From Alphaproteobacteria bacterium (lineage in GTDB: Bacteria > Pseudomonadota > Alphaproteobacteria > Rhizobiales > Xanthobacteraceae), in NCBI GenBank assembly GCA_005884685.1, contig VBAH01000017.1, forward strand, positions 147,152 through 211,151: a DNA stretch of 64,000 nt, in the 5' to 3' direction. Shown one piece after another: positions 9,697 to 20,934 of the stretch (position 1 is its first letter; each line of letters starts with the position of its first letter). The notes beneath the pieces were generated by a model. It saw nothing but the letters and a program-made list of their open reading frames with translations. It was not told where the DNA came from and did no database searches. The translations under genes and the position numbers were made by a program.

Positions 9697-10830
9697 TTAA
9701 GAAAGCTCCATCAGCAGGCCGGTGAACAGCCTGGCGCGCCGCGGCAGGCTGTCGACCAGAATGTGCTCGTGCAGGGTATGCGCCCCCGACCCGCAGACGC
9801 CAAGACCGTCCAGCGAGGCAATGCCGAGCGCGCCGGTGAAGTTTGCGTCCGACCCGCCGCCGGAGCTTTCGTGCTTCAGGTCGATCCCGAGCGTGGTGGC
9901 GAGCCGCCTCGCCGTCTCGTACATCGCCATGGTCTTGCCGTTCGGCTCCCACACCGGCCGCGTCACGCCGCGCGTCACGATGAAGCGGCCGGACTCATCG
10001 TCCCCCTTGGTCAGCGCCAGCATGCGCGCGACGCCGCCGTCGAGATCGGCCTGCCGCTTTGCCATGCTCAGCGCCTCGGCATCGCACACACTGGCCACAC
10101 AATTCACCCACTGCCCGCCCCGGATCACGCCGACGCTGAAGGTGCAGGCATCGGTCGTCATCCCTTCGATCTGCGGGATCATGTCGGCCATGATGCGGAT
10201 CGCCGAACGTCCCTCTTTCAGCCGCGCGCCCGCATGGCTCGGCCGGCCGACAGCCTTGAGGTTGAAGCGCGCAATCGCGTAGCGGCCGGTGACGACGCCG
10301 CCGTCCGCGCGCCCCGGTTCCGGCACCAGCACGTACTTGTGGCGCGCAGCCTCCGCCTCGATCAGCTCGCGCGTTGACGGTGAGCCGACCTCCTCGTCGC
10401 TGGTGAAGAGAAACGTCACCGGCAGCGCGGGAGCGCGCCCAAGGCGCTGAAGCATGCGCACCGCTTCGAGCGCAATGAAATTGCCGCCCTTCATGTCGAA
10501 GATGCCCGGCCCGTAGCAGCGCTCACCCTCGCGCCGCCACGGCAGGACGCCGAGCGTGCCGACGGGATGCACGGTGTCGAGATGGCCCATGATGAGGATT
10601 CCGGGCTTGTCCTCGTGACCGAATGAAAACCGCGCTCGCGCGCAATCGCCAAAACCCGTGCGCCCCGCGACGCGCTGGATCGCCGCGCCCGAGGCCGCGC
10701 ATTCGCGCGAGACATGGTCGAGCATCGCGTTGACGCGCGCCGCATCGAAGGTCGGGCTTTCGATCTCGACCCATGGGCGCAAGCCGGCAAGCATGGTGTC
10801 CGTATCGAACGGCAGTTGCGCGATGTCCAT
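9697..10830 (-). CDS. M20-family metallopeptidase (carboxypeptidase G2 / glutamate carboxypeptidase-like)
   Basis: 377 aa, ...ILIMGHLDTVHPVGT...GPGIFDMKGGN...FTSDEEVGSP... Confidence 0.85.
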   Translation of the reverse strand: MDIAQLPFDTDTMLAGLRPWVEIESPTFDAARVNAMLDHVSRECAASGAAIQRVAGRTGFGDCARARFSFGHEDKPGILIMGHLDTVHPVGTLGVLPWRREGERCYGPGIFDMKGGNFIALEAVRMLQRLGRAPALPVTFLFTSDEEVGSPSTRELIEAEAARHKYVLVPEPGRADGGVVTGRYAIARFNLKAVGRPSHAGARLKEGRSAIRIMADMIPQIEGMTTDACTFSVGVIRGGQWVNCVASVCDAEALSMAKRQADLDGGVARMLALTKGDDESGRFIVTRGVTRPVWEPNGKTMAMYETARRLATTLGIDLKHESSGGGSDANFTGALGIASLDGLGVCGSGAHTLHEHILVDSLPRRARLFTGLLMELS

Positions 10831-10908
10831 GGAACGCTCAGCGGCAAGAGGAGGGTCGTAGGGCGCCGACTATGCTAGACAAATGCACTTTCCGCCACAG
10901 GACATCCC

Positions 10909-11622
10909 ATGTTGAACCCCTCCTCGATCAAGGCCCTGTTCTTCGACGTGTTCGGCACCGTGGTCGACTGGCGCACCTCGATCGCACGCGAGAGCGCGGC
11001 GATCCTCCAGCCGATGGGATACGGACTCGACTGGCTCGCCTTTGCGGATGCATGGCGTGACGAGTACCAGCCGGCGATGGAAGAGGTGCGATCCGGCAAG
11101 ATCCCGTTCTCCAAGCTCGACGTGCTGCACCGCCGCAATCTCCAACGCATCCTGCCGCGCTTCGGCGTGTCCGGACTGGACGAAGCGGCGATGCGCCATC
11201 TCAACAATGCGTGGCACCGGCTCGATGGCTGGCCCGATGCGACGCAAGGGTTGCAGCGCCTGCACACGAGGTTCCTGATCGCGCCGGTCTCCAACGGCAA
11301 CATCTCGCTGATGTGCGGCATCGCACGGCGCAACGATTTCCCCTGGGACGCAATCCTCGGCGCCGAGATCGCGGGCGACTACAAGCCGAAGCCGCGAGTC
11401 TACCTGCGCGCGGCGGAGGCGTTCGACTGCGCGCCCGCCGAGTGCGTGATGGTGGCGGCGCATTCGGGCGACCTCGCCGCTGCGGCGGCAACCGGATTGA
11501 AGACCGCGCACGTCGCGCGCCCGAACGAGCACGGCCCCGGCAAGGGCGAGCCGAAGCCGACCGTGCCAGTGGATATCGCGGTCGGGAGTTTTACCGAGTT
11601 GGCCGACAGGCTGGGTGCCTAA
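10909..11622 (+). CDS. Haloacid dehalogenase type II (HAD superfamily)
   Basis: IKALFFDVFGTVVDW (DxxGT nucleophile motif), ...SNGN..., ...YKPKPRVY..., 237 aa. Confidence 0.85.
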   Translation: MLNPSSIKALFFDVFGTVVDWRTSIARESAAILQPMGYGLDWLAFADAWRDEYQPAMEEVRSGKIPFSKLDVLHRRNLQRILPRFGVSGLDEAAMRHLNNAWHRLDGWPDATQGLQRLHTRFLIAPVSNGNISLMCGIARRNDFPWDAILGAEIAGDYKPKPRVYLRAAEAFDCAPAECVMVAAHSGDLAAAAATGLKTAHVARPNEHGPGKGEPKPTVPVDIAVGSFTELADRLGA

Positions 11623-11633
11623 CCCACATCCGC

Positions 11634-11698
11634 TCATGCCCGCAGAAGCGGGCATCCAGTACTTGGCCAAAGAACTGGGCCCCCGCGTCCGCGGGGAC
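11634..11698. repeat. Hairpin repeats between convergent genes (ATGCCCGC-AGAA-GCGGGCAT and CCCCGCG-TCC-GCGGGG)
   Basis: Perfect 8-bp stem at 11636-11655 and a second stem at about 11680-11696. Gives the 'YWMPASAGMS'-type spurious translation common in this family. Probable bidirectional terminator. Confidence 0.6.
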
Positions 11699-11705
11699 GA
11701 GCGGG

Positions 11706-12617
11706 TCACAGGCTGACGGCGCTCAGGATTTTTTCGCGCGCTTCCTCGGGCTCCGTCCAGGTCCAGTCCGGCAGCTGGTGCCGTGCCCAGGTGAACTGGC
11801 GCTTGGTGTAGCGGCGCGTGTCGCTCTTGGCACCCTCGGTGGCCTCCACAAGCACGATCTCGCCGGCAAGATGCCGGATCAGCCACGGCACGCCATGCGC
11901 CTTCATCGCAGGCAGCAGCGGATCGAGCCTGCGCGCCGCCAGCGCGCGGACTTCGTCAAGCGCGCCGGCCGCGAGCATCGCGTCGAAGCGCACGTCGATG
12001 CGGCGGCGCAGATCCGGCCGCTCCGGTGCGAGAAACACCTTCACGGCATTCGATGCGTCGAGCAGCGGCGGCAATCCGTCACGATGCCACTCGGCGAGCG
12101 GGCGGCCGGTCGCCTCCAGCACCTCGAGCGCGCGCGCGATCCGCGTGCGGTCGCCCGGCTTGAGTTGCGTCGACGGATCGCGCCGCAACAGCTCGGCATG
12201 CAAGGCCGCCGAGCCCTCTGCCTCCATCCACGCCCGCACATTCGCCCGAATGTCCGCAGGAATCGGCGGCACGTTCGAAAGTCCCTGCGTCAGCGCCTTG
12301 AAATAGAGCCCGGTGCCTCCGACCAGGATCGGCACCCGCCCCGCCGCATGCACCTCGTCCAGTACAGGCGCTACATCCGCAAGCCAGCGCCCGACCGAGT
12401 AATTCTCTGCCGCATCAACGTGGCCATAAAGCCGATGCGGCACCCTCGCCTCTTCGTCCGGCGTCGGCCGCGCCGTGATGACGCGCAGGTCGCGATAGAC
12501 CTGCATGGAGTCCGCATTGACGACCGTGCCGCCGAGGTGCTTGGCCAGCCCGAGCGCCAGCGCCGACTTGCCGCTCGCGGTCGGCCCTGCGATCAAGATG
12601 GCTTCAGGTCTTCGCAT
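11706..12617 (-). CDS. miaA: tRNA dimethylallyltransferase
   Basis: P-loop [12 protein letters not shown], 303 aa, full-length MiaA pattern. Confidence 0.95.
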   Translation of the reverse strand: MRRPEAILIAGPTASGKSALALGLAKHLGGTVVNADSMQVYRDLRVITARPTPDEEARVPHRLYGHVDAAENYSVGRWLADVAPVLDEVHAAGRVPILVGGTGLYFKALTQGLSNVPPIPADIRANVRAWMEAEGSAALHAELLRRDPSTQLKPGDRTRIARALEVLEATGRPLAEWHRDGLPPLLDASNAVKVFLAPERPDLRRRIDVRFDAMLAAGALDEVRALAARRLDPLLPAMKAHGVPWLIRHLAGEIVLVEATEGAKSDTRRYTKRQFTWARHQLPDWTWTEPEEAREKILSAVSL

Positions 12618-12656
12618 GTCGTTGCCGCACCCGTCCGCCGAGAGTAGATTATCTGA

Positions 12657-12869
12657 ATGAAGCAGCCGGTCGTGTCCTGCAATCCGGAAATCATGGGCGG
12701 CACCCCGGTGTTCGCCAGCACCCGCGTGCCAATCCAGACGCTGCTCGACTATCTTGAGGCAGGCGATTCAATCGACGAATTCCTTGAAGGATTTCCGTCT
12801 GTAACGCGAGAACAAGTGATCGGATTCCTCGAAGAAGCGAAGGATCGCCTCGTCGACTCTGTTTCATGA
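12657..12869 (+). CDS. DUF433-domain protein (putative antitoxin)
   Basis: 70 aa, ...[46 protein letters not shown]... is the canonical DUF433 signature. Confidence 0.8.
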   Translation: MKQPVVSCNPEIMGGTPVFASTRVPIQTLLDYLEAGDSIDEFLEGFPSVTREQVIGFLEEAKDRLVDSVS

Positions 12870-13188
12870 GGGTATTGCTCGATGAATGCATTGACTGGCG
12901 GCTGGCGCGCGACATCGCTGGGCATGAGGTGAAAACGGTCCGGCAGGCGGGTTGGACCGGAATCAAGAATGGCGAGTTGCTGGCCTTGCCGGCGGAGGCC
13001 TTTGATGTATTCGTCACCGTCGATCGCAATTTGTCGTTTCAGCAAAATGTAAGTTCTTTCTCCATTGCGGTGGTCATTCTCGAGGCTAACACCAATCGTC
13101 TTGCCGATCTGAAGCCACTTGTCGACAAACTGACGTCGGCTATTGCAAGCGCGAATCCCGGTAGCCTTGATCGTGTGAGCGCGCGTTG

Positions 13189-13189
<1 letters not shown>
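12866..13189 (+). CDS. DUF5615-family PIN-like protein (putative toxin)
   Basis: 107 aa, [22 protein letters not shown]...FDVFVTVDRNL... The ATGA overlap with the DUF433 gene is the typical two-gene cassette arrangement. Confidence 0.75.
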
Positions 13190-14081
<892 letters not shown>

Positions 14082-14085
<4 letters not shown>

Positions 14086-14363
14086 CCGAGTTTCACGTCC
14101 TGCCAGAAGCCGAAGCGTCCGGCGACCTGCGCGAGCCGCGGCTGCGGCGACTCGTAGACCCAGGCGTTGCGCGGATAGCGCTTGACCCCGATCACTACGT
14201 CGTAGAACTGCACGCCGTGCGGACATTCAAGGTCCTCGGGGGTCTTTACCGCCTTCTCCAGCCATTCGGTGCGCACGGCTGCCGGCGGGAAATAGTCGTA
14301 GCCTGCGGCGGCGATGATGTCGTCGCTCTCGGCGAGGATGGTGCCGTTGAGAATGGCTTTCAT
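14082..14363 (-). CDS. DUF427-domain protein
   Basis: MKAILNGTILAESDD...YFPPAAVRTEWLEK...CPHGVQFYDVV... Start trimmed from the 133-aa track ORF, which runs into a repeat. Confidence 0.75.
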
Positions 14364-14376
14364 GGCGACAGTCCTG

Positions 14377-14473
14377 GTAGGGCGGGCAAAGCGTAGCGTG
14401 CCGGCCCTGCCGGTTGCGGCAGGCGCACATAGGAAGAGGCGGGCACGGCGCAAGTGCGCCTTTGCCCGCCCTA
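14377..14473. repeat. REP-like inverted repeat, GTAGGGCGGGCAAAGCG family (copy 2)
   Basis: Arms GTAGGGCGGGCAAAG / CTTTGCCCGCCCTA flank about 65 bp that contain a nested hairpin. Confidence 0.8.
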
Positions 14474-14490
14474 GGGCAGTCACAGTTAGC

Positions 14491-16002
14491 TTACTGCAGC
14501 GTCAGCGCCACGAAGCGCACGTCGCCTTCCGCGTTCGCGACCAGGAGCAGCGCGGTCTTCTTGCCGTCCTTCTTGAGCTGATCGATGCGCTTCTGCACGT
14601 CGGCCGGATTGGTGACTTCCTCGTCCGTCACCTTGACGATGACGTCGCCGGCATTGAGCCGCTTCTCCGCAGCCGCCGAATTGGCTTCCACCGCGGTGAT
14701 CACCACGCCCTTCACGGCGTCCTTGATCTTGTACTTCTTGCGCAGCTCGTCGGTCATGCCGGCGAGGCTGAGGCCGAGCGCCTTCTGCACCACGGACTTC
14801 TCTTCCGCCGGCGCGTCGGTCTTCACCGAAGCCTGCTGCGGCGTGTCCTCGAGCCGGCCGAGCCGCACGGTCTTCGTCTCCTCCTTGCCCTTGCGGATGA
14901 TCACCACGGGCACATCCTTGCCGACCGGCGTATCGCCGACGATCTTCGGCAGGTCGCGCATCTCCTTGATGTCCCGGCCGTCGAACTTGACGATCACGTC
15001 GCCCGGCTCGATGCCGGCGGGCTTGGCCGGCCCCTTGTCGTCGATGCCGGCGACGAGCGCGCCGCGCACGGGCTTGATGCCGAGGCTTTCGGCGATGTCG
15101 TCGGTCACCTGCTGGATGCGCACGCCCAGCCAGCCGCGCCGCACCTCCTTGAATTCGCGCAACTGGTCGAGCACCGCCATCGCGGTGTTCGCCGGCACCG
15201 CAAAGCCGATCCCGATCGAGCCGCCGGAGGGCGAGATGATCGCGGTGTTGACGCCAACCACCTCGCCATCGAGGTTGAACAGCGGCCCGCCGGAATTGCC
15301 GCGGTTGATCGCGGCGTCGGTCTGGATGTAGTTGTCATACGGGCCGGAATTGATGTCGCGGTTGCGCGCCGAAACGATGCCGGCGGTCACCGAGCCGCCG
15401 AGGCTGAAGGGGTTGCCGATCGCGATCACCCATTCGCCGAGCCGCAGTCTGTCGGAGTTGCCGAACTTCACCGCCTTGAGCGGCTTGTCGGGCTTGACGC
15501 GCAGCAGCGCGAGGTCGGTCTTGGAATCCTTGCCGATCAACTCGGCCTTGAGCTTGCTGCCGTCGTTGAACACCGCAGTGATCTCGTCGGCATCCGCGAT
15601 GACGTGATTGTTGGTGACGATCAGGCCTTCGGCGTCGATCACGAAGCCGGAGCCGAGCGAATTCACCCGGCGCGGGCTCAATCCGTTCTTGGGATCGCCC
15701 TGCCCACGGCGGTTCTTGAAGAACTCCTCGAAGAATTCCTCGAACGGCGAGCCCGGCGGAAGATTGGGTCCGGGCCGCGCCTCCGGGCTTTCGCCCGGGC
15801 TGCGGCGCGCCGACGGCCCACCGGCCGCCACGGTCTGCGAGGTGGAAATGTTGACGACCGCATCGATCACCGCCTCGGCGACGTCGGCGATCTTGTCAGG
15901 GCCGCGCTGGGCGTGCGCAGCGGGCGGAAACGCGATCGCCGCCGCCGCGATCACAGCGAGCGCACCCTTGCGGACGTTGAGGAAAGTGCCGGGCATGGGC
16001 AT
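14491..16002 (-). CDS. degP: Periplasmic serine endoprotease DegP/HtrA family
   Basis: Signal peptide, catalytic GNSGGPLFN, two PDZ-like regions. ATG at 16002 with a GGAG RBS. Confidence 0.93.
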   Translation of the reverse strand: MPMPGTFLNVRKGALAVIAAAAIAFPPAAHAQRGPDKIADVAEAVIDAVVNISTSQTVAAGGPSARRSPGESPEARPGPNLPPGSPFEEFFEEFFKNRRGQGDPKNGLSPRRVNSLGSGFVIDAEGLIVTNNHVIADADEITAVFNDGSKLKAELIGKDSKTDLALLRVKPDKPLKAVKFGNSDRLRLGEWVIAIGNPFSLGGSVTAGIVSARNRDINSGPYDNYIQTDAAINRGNSGGPLFNLDGEVVGVNTAIISPSGGSIGIGFAVPANTAMAVLDQLREFKEVRRGWLGVRIQQVTDDIAESLGIKPVRGALVAGIDDKGPAKPAGIEPGDVIVKFDGRDIKEMRDLPKIVGDTPVGKDVPVVIIRKGKEETKTVRLGRLEDTPQQASVKTDAPAEEKSVVQKALGLSLAGMTDELRKKYKIKDAVKGVVITAVEANSAAAEKRLNAGDVIVKVTDEEVTNPADVQKRIDQLKKDGKKTALLLVANAEGDVRFVALTLQ

Positions 16003-16140
16003 CAAAGCTCCAAACGATTGGGATTCGGCGGGACAGTGCCCCCGGTCCGGACTGGACGCAAGAGTAGTATCGTCGCGCAGGACTAGGCGGGCGGATTGGG
16101 GCGGAATGGGGGCTGCGCGAGAAAGGCCGGTCGGCCGGCC

Positions 16141-17685
16141 CTATTCCAGCCCCGCCTTTCGCATCCCTTCAACAAAGCGCTCCATCAATTCGGACGTCTG
16201 GTAGGGAACGCTCGTCCTGACCCAATCGATCGTCAATTCCGGCTGCGCGCGCCGCAGCTCCGCCAGCAGCGATCGCGCTTCGTCCACGCGCCCGATCTGG
16301 GCGAGGCTCGCACAGCGCAAACGTTGGGCGCCATGGAAACCCGGCCGCAGCCTGACGAGCTCTTCCGAATAACGTGCAGCCTCCACGTAGCGGCCACTCA
16401 CATAATGCGCCACTGCAATCCCGCCGATGAACATCGCCCTCTCGGGATCCAGCGGGCTAAGCCTGATCGCTTCCTCGCCATGCGCGATTGCTTCGGCGTC
16501 CTGTCCGGCAAACGCGAGGCCATGGCTGAGGTAACAATGGGCTGCGGCCGAGCTTGGATTGAGATTGACCGCCCGGCGGAACGCCGCAATCGACTCCTCG
16601 GTGCGCCGCTCCATCATTGAGGAATAACCGAGCGCGATCTGGCCCCACGGGTCGAGCTCATCAAGGGCAACTGCGCGCAGCACCTGCTCGCGGCCAGTCC
16701 TCAGTCCCTCCTCGCGATCGACCCATCCGTTGTGCGCGGCAAATACCAGACAGAATGCAAGCAAGCTTCGTGCCCGCTGATAGTCGGGGTAGGCCGCAAC
16801 CGCGCGCGCCAAGGCGTTCCGTGCAGCCTCATTGTCCTCGCGCGTCAGCCGCCAGACATATGTCTGCGCCCGCGCCACCAGCTCCCAGGCGCCGAGATCG
16901 TCGGGCGATCGTGAAAACGCGCGCACGCCTTCGGCCGCCAGCAGGCGCGGTTCGATCGTTGCCACGACGCTGCGGGTGATCTCATCCTGCACCGCGAAGA
17001 TATCGCCGATTTCGCGGTCGTAGCGCTCGGACCAGTGATGGACACCGCTGGTCGCATCGACCAGCTGCGCCGTGATGCGCACGTGATTGCCGGCGCGGCG
17101 CACGCTGCCTTCGAGGACGTAGCGCACGCCGAGCTCGCGCGACACCAGCTTCACGTCGACGGCGCGCTGCTTGTAGACTAAGCTCGAATTGCGCGCGATC
17201 ACGAACAGCCAGCGGATGCGCGCGAGCCCGGTGATCAGGTCCTCGGAAATGCCGTCGGCAAAGTAGTCCTGCTCCGCCTCCCCGCTCATGTTGGTGAAGG
17301 GCAGCACCGCAATCGACGGCCGGTCAGGAAGCGGCAGCGCGGGAGCATTTGCGCCGGTCTGCTTTGCCGCGCCGGTCGAGATCTTGCCGATAAAGCGGTA
17401 GCCGCGCCGGTGTGCCGTTTCGATGAAGCGCGGCTGGCGGGCGTCATCGCGCAACGCACTGCGCAGTTCCTGGATGCAGGTCACCAGCGCGGCATCGCCG
17501 ACGGTCGTTTCCGGCCAGACCGCCGCAAACAGCTCGTCCTTGGTGATCACCTCGCCGGGGCGGTCGGCGAGGAACGACAATAGCGCGAGCGCCTTCGGGG
17601 TGAGCCTGATCTCGCGCGTGCCCGACATCAGCCCGGAGCGTGGCTCCAGGCGATAACGCCCGAACGTAAGTGCCCGGTCCGGCAT
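16141..17685 (-). CDS. Winged-helix (OmpR/CadC-type) DNA-binding protein fused to a TPR domain
   Basis: N-terminal trans_reg_C pattern (LTPKALALLSFLADRPGEVITKDELFAAVWP...RRGYRF), C-terminal TPR-like repeats. ATG at 17685 preceded by GGAGA. Confidence 0.75.
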   Translation of the reverse strand: MPDRALTFGRYRLEPRSGLMSGTREIRLTPKALALLSFLADRPGEVITKDELFAAVWPETTVGDAALVTCIQELRSALRDDARQPRFIETAHRRGYRFIGKISTGAAKQTGANAPALPLPDRPSIAVLPFTNMSGEAEQDYFADGISEDLITGLARIRWLFVIARNSSLVYKQRAVDVKLVSRELGVRYVLEGSVRRAGNHVRITAQLVDATSGVHHWSERYDREIGDIFAVQDEITRSVVATIEPRLLAAEGVRAFSRSPDDLGAWELVARAQTYVWRLTREDNEAARNALARAVAAYPDYQRARSLLAFCLVFAAHNGWVDREEGLRTGREQVLRAVALDELDPWGQIALGYSSMMERRTEESIAAFRRAVNLNPSSAAAHCYLSHGLAFAGQDAEAIAHGEEAIRLSPLDPERAMFIGGIAVAHYVSGRYVEAARYSEELVRLRPGFHGAQRLRCASLAQIGRVDEARSLLAELRRAQPELTIDWVRTSVPYQTSELMERFVEGMRKAGLE

Positions 17686-17807
17686 CGGATTCTCCGCCTG
17701 GGAGGCTAGCACAGCGCTCCCATAGAAATCCCGTATCTCGCTTATGACTTCCTTCCGGCACGCTCCTAGCCTCGAACGTTAATCCCCCGCTTTGTAGGAG
17801 CGCCACG

Positions 17808-19394
17808 ATGAAAAAAACACTCGCAATCCTCATCACGACGGCTGCCGGAGTCGGGCTCGCGCAGCCCGCAATCGCGCAGACCGACGATACGAAACTCGGC
17901 AAGGTCCACTTCGAGACGTCCTGCAAGCCGGAAGCGCAGCAGCATTTTGACCGCGCGATGCTGTACCAGCACTCGTTCTGGTACCGCGCCTCGCAAATGG
18001 CATTCGAGGACGTGCTCAAGGCCGATCCCGAATGCGCAATCGCCTATTGGGGCATCGCGCTTAGCCTGCTGCTCAATCCGCATGTCCCGACGCCCGCAAA
18101 GAACCTCGCCGAAGGCGCCGCCGCGATCGCCAAGGCTAAAGGGACGAACGCCAAGACACAGCGCGAGCGCGACTATGTGGATGCGCTTGCCGCCATGTAT
18201 ACGGATTTCGAGAAGGCCCCGCACCTGGCGCGCTCGCAGGCCTACGCGAAGGCGATGGAGCAGGTCGCGCAGCGCTACCCCAACGACGACGAGGCACTGA
18301 TCCATTATGCGCTGGCGCTCAACACCTCGGCATCGCCGGCCGACAAAACCTATGCCAACCAGCTCAAGGGCGCCGCGATCCTCGAGCCGATCTTCGAGCG
18401 TCAGCCGCAGCATCCCGGCGTCGCGCATTATCTGATTCACCTCTACGACTACCCGCCGATTGCCGAGAAGGGCCTCAAAGCCGCGCGGCTCTACGCCAAG
18501 ATCGCGCCCGGCGCAGCGCACGCGCAGCACATGCCGTCGCACATCTTCACGCGCGTCGGGTATTGGCAGGAGTCGATCGACTCGAATGCGGTTTCGCAGC
18601 GCGTCGCCAACCAGGCCGCCGACTATCACGACCAACTGCACGCGATGGACTATCAGGTCTACGCGTACCTGCAGCTCGGCCAGGACGCCAAGGCCAAGGC
18701 CGTGATCGACGACATGAGCACGGTCAAAGGCTTCACCGAAACCTTCCTGCCCGGCCCCTACGCGCTCGCGGTTTCGCCGGCGCGCTATGCGGTGGAACGC
18801 GGCGACTGGAAAGCGGCCGCCGCCCTTGCGGTTCGCCCGAGCCCGCTGCCGCATGTGGAGGCAATCACTCATTTCGCCCGCGCGCTCGGTGCGGCACGGT
18901 CGGGCAGCCCGGAAGCCGCCAAGGCGGAGATCGCAAAGCTCGGTGAGTTGCGCGACAGACTGATTGCCGCCAAGGACGGCTACTGGTCCGAGCAGGTCGA
19001 TATCCAGACGAAGGTCGCTTCCGCATGGCTGCTTCATGCCGAGGGCAAGCACGCCGAAGCGCTGCAGGCGATGAGCGCGGCGGCCGACGCCGAGGACAAG
19101 ACCGAGAAGCACCCGGTGACGCCGGGCACGCCGAAGCCGGCGCGCGAACTCTATGGCGTCATGCTGCTCGAGCGCAGCATGCCGAAGGAGGCGGTCGCCG
19201 CCTTTGAGGCGGTGTTGAAGAAAGAGCCGAACCGGCTCGGCGCCTATGTGGGCGCCGCGAAGGCGGCCGAACTATCGGGGAATGCCGCCAAGGCACGGGA
19301 GTACTATGGCAAGGTGGTCGCGATCGCCGCTGATGCCGACAAGACCCGAACCGAGGTCAGCGAGGCGCGCGCATTCCTGGCGAAGAAATCGTGA
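17808..19394 (+). CDS. Secreted TPR-like hypothetical protein
   Basis: Clear signal peptide (MKKTLAILITTAAGVGLAQPAIAQ), 528 aa, helical-repeat composition, divergent from the regulator. Confidence 0.7.
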   Translation: MKKTLAILITTAAGVGLAQPAIAQTDDTKLGKVHFETSCKPEAQQHFDRAMLYQHSFWYRASQMAFEDVLKADPECAIAYWGIALSLLLNPHVPTPAKNLAEGAAAIAKAKGTNAKTQRERDYVDALAAMYTDFEKAPHLARSQAYAKAMEQVAQRYPNDDEALIHYALALNTSASPADKTYANQLKGAAILEPIFERQPQHPGVAHYLIHLYDYPPIAEKGLKAARLYAKIAPGAAHAQHMPSHIFTRVGYWQESIDSNAVSQRVANQAADYHDQLHAMDYQVYAYLQLGQDAKAKAVIDDMSTVKGFTETFLPGPYALAVSPARYAVERGDWKAAAALAVRPSPLPHVEAITHFARALGAARSGSPEAAKAEIAKLGELRDRLIAAKDGYWSEQVDIQTKVASAWLLHAEGKHAEALQAMSAAADAEDKTEKHPVTPGTPKPARELYGVMLLERSMPKEAVAAFEAVLKKEPNRLGAYVGAAKAAELSGNAAKAREYYGKVVAIAADADKTRTEVSEARAFLAKKS

Positions 19395-19404
19395 GGGTTC
19401 GGCC

Positions 19405-19791
19405 TTGGTAAGGGGCACTTGCGGGAGCAAACTTGTCGGCGTCGTGCTGAGTATTCTCAGCGTCCCGACCCAGGCCCAATCGCTTGAGGTCATCGGCTAT
19501 GCCGGTGCCCTCGGCGAGTGGGAAGTGGCCGCCAACGTTACCGGTGTGTCAAATCGAACGCAGGATTTCTCCGGGCCACTGACGATGCGGCATACCGGGG
19601 TCTGCACGCAGGACGGCCCGGAGGAAAGGACCGGGCAAATCCGATTTCAGATTTCCCCGTCGCGATTGAACGCGAAGCTGTCGATTGCCGGCGTGGAATG
19701 CAGCTTCAGCGCAGGGCTGTCGGACGCCTACAAGGGACAAATGATTTGCCCGGACCGGCCCGCAGTGCCGCTTACGCTCTGGGTCAGATAG
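19405..19791 (+). CDS. Small secreted cysteine-containing hypothetical protein
   Basis: The open frame continues past the upstream stop. A TTG at 19405 would give the signal-like N-terminus LVGVVLSILSVPTQAQS. The start is uncertain. Confidence 0.4.
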   Translation: MVRGTCGSKLVGVVLSILSVPTQAQSLEVIGYAGALGEWEVAANVTGVSNRTQDFSGPLTMRHTGVCTQDGPEERTGQIRFQISPSRLNAKLSIAGVECSFSAGLSDAYKGQMICPDRPAVPLTLWVR

Positions 19792-19797
19792 CTTTTT

Positions 19798-19983
19798 CTA
19801 GCCCCGCACCAGCCACACCAGCACGACGCCGAGCACCGCCGAGGCGATGCCGATCAGGCGTAAGGGGCCGTCGGGCGTTTGCAGCACGTGCGCCATGGCG
19901 TTCTTCGCCGCGGCGGGGCTGACCGCGAAGATCAGCCCCTCGATCACGAACACAAGACCGAGCGCGACGAGGAAATCCGCCAT
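19798..19983 (-). CDS. DUF2065-family small membrane protein
   Basis: 61 aa, MADFLVALGLVFVIEGLIFAVSP..., the usual partner immediately downstream of hflC in alphaproteobacteria. Confidence 0.8.
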   Translation of the reverse strand: MADFLVALGLVFVIEGLIFAVSPAAAKNAMAHVLQTPDGPLRLIGIASAVLGVVLVWLVRG

Positions 19984-20013
19984 GGGGAACCCGGCTTTGC
20001 CGCGCCGACGTGC

Positions 20014-20934
20014 CTACCTCTGCGGCGCGGGCGCCGCTCCGGGTGTCTTGCCGTCCTCGCGCTGCCTGCCGGAGGGATCGGCGAAATAGCGGAAGAAGTC
20101 CGAATCCGGCTTGAGCACCATGCGGGTGTCGTTATGGCGCAGGCCGGTCTCGTAAGCCTGCATCGAGCGGTAGAAGGCGAAGAAGTCCGGATCCTTGTTA
20201 AACGCATCGGCGAAGATGCGGTTGCGTTCCGCCTCGCCCTCGCCGCGGATCTGGTCGGCCCTCGCCTGCGTCTCGGCTACCAGCACGGTGACGTCACGGT
20301 CGGCCTTGGCGCGGATTTCCTGGCTCTTCTGCGAGCCGTTGGCGCGGAATTCCGCCGCCTCGCGTTGCCGCTCGGTCTGCATGCGCTGGTACACCGCCTG
20401 GCTGTTCTGCTCCGGCAGGTCGGCACGGCGGATGCGCACGTCCACGATGGTGATTCCGAAGGCGGCGGCCTCGCGGTCGAGCTGCTCGCGCACGCGCGCC
20501 ATCAATTGCGCGCGCTCGTCGCGCACCACATGGGTGAGGGTCGATTCGCCGAGCACGCGGCGCAGCGCCGCGTTGAGCAAGGTCGAGAGCCGCGAATTCG
20601 CGCCCTCGATCGAGCCGACCGCCTGGTAGAACTTCAGCGCGTCGTTGATCTTGTAGCGCGCGAAGGCATCGACCACGAGCCGCTTCTGGTCCGACGCGAT
20701 CACTTCCTGCGCGGCGTTCTCCAGATCGAGGATGCGCTTGTCGACATAGATCACGCTGTCGATCAGCGGGATCTTGAAGTTCAGCCCCGGCGTGGTGACG
20801 ACGCGCACCGGCTGGCCGAGCCGGACGACCAGCGCGAGGCGCGTCTGGTAGACCGTGAACAGCGCGGAGTAACCGACGATCGCCGCGATGACGGCGAGGA
20901 CGGCGAGCACGCCGCCGGCGATACCGAGCTTCAT
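20014..20934 (-). CDS. hflC: Protease modulator HflC
   Basis: SPFH/band-7 domain, 306 aa, 4-nt overlap with hflK. Confidence 0.93.
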   Translation of the reverse strand: MKLGIAGGVLAVLAVIAAIVGYSALFTVYQTRLALVVRLGQPVRVVTTPGLNFKIPLIDSVIYVDKRILDLENAAQEVIASDQKRLVVDAFARYKINDALKFYQAVGSIEGANSRLSTLLNAALRRVLGESTLTHVVRDERAQLMARVREQLDREAAAFGITIVDVRIRRADLPEQNSQAVYQRMQTERQREAAEFRANGSQKSQEIRAKADRDVTVLVAETQARADQIRGEGEAERNRIFADAFNKDPDFFAFYRSMQAYETGLRHNDTRMVLKPDSDFFRYFADPSGRQREDGKTPGAAPAPQR

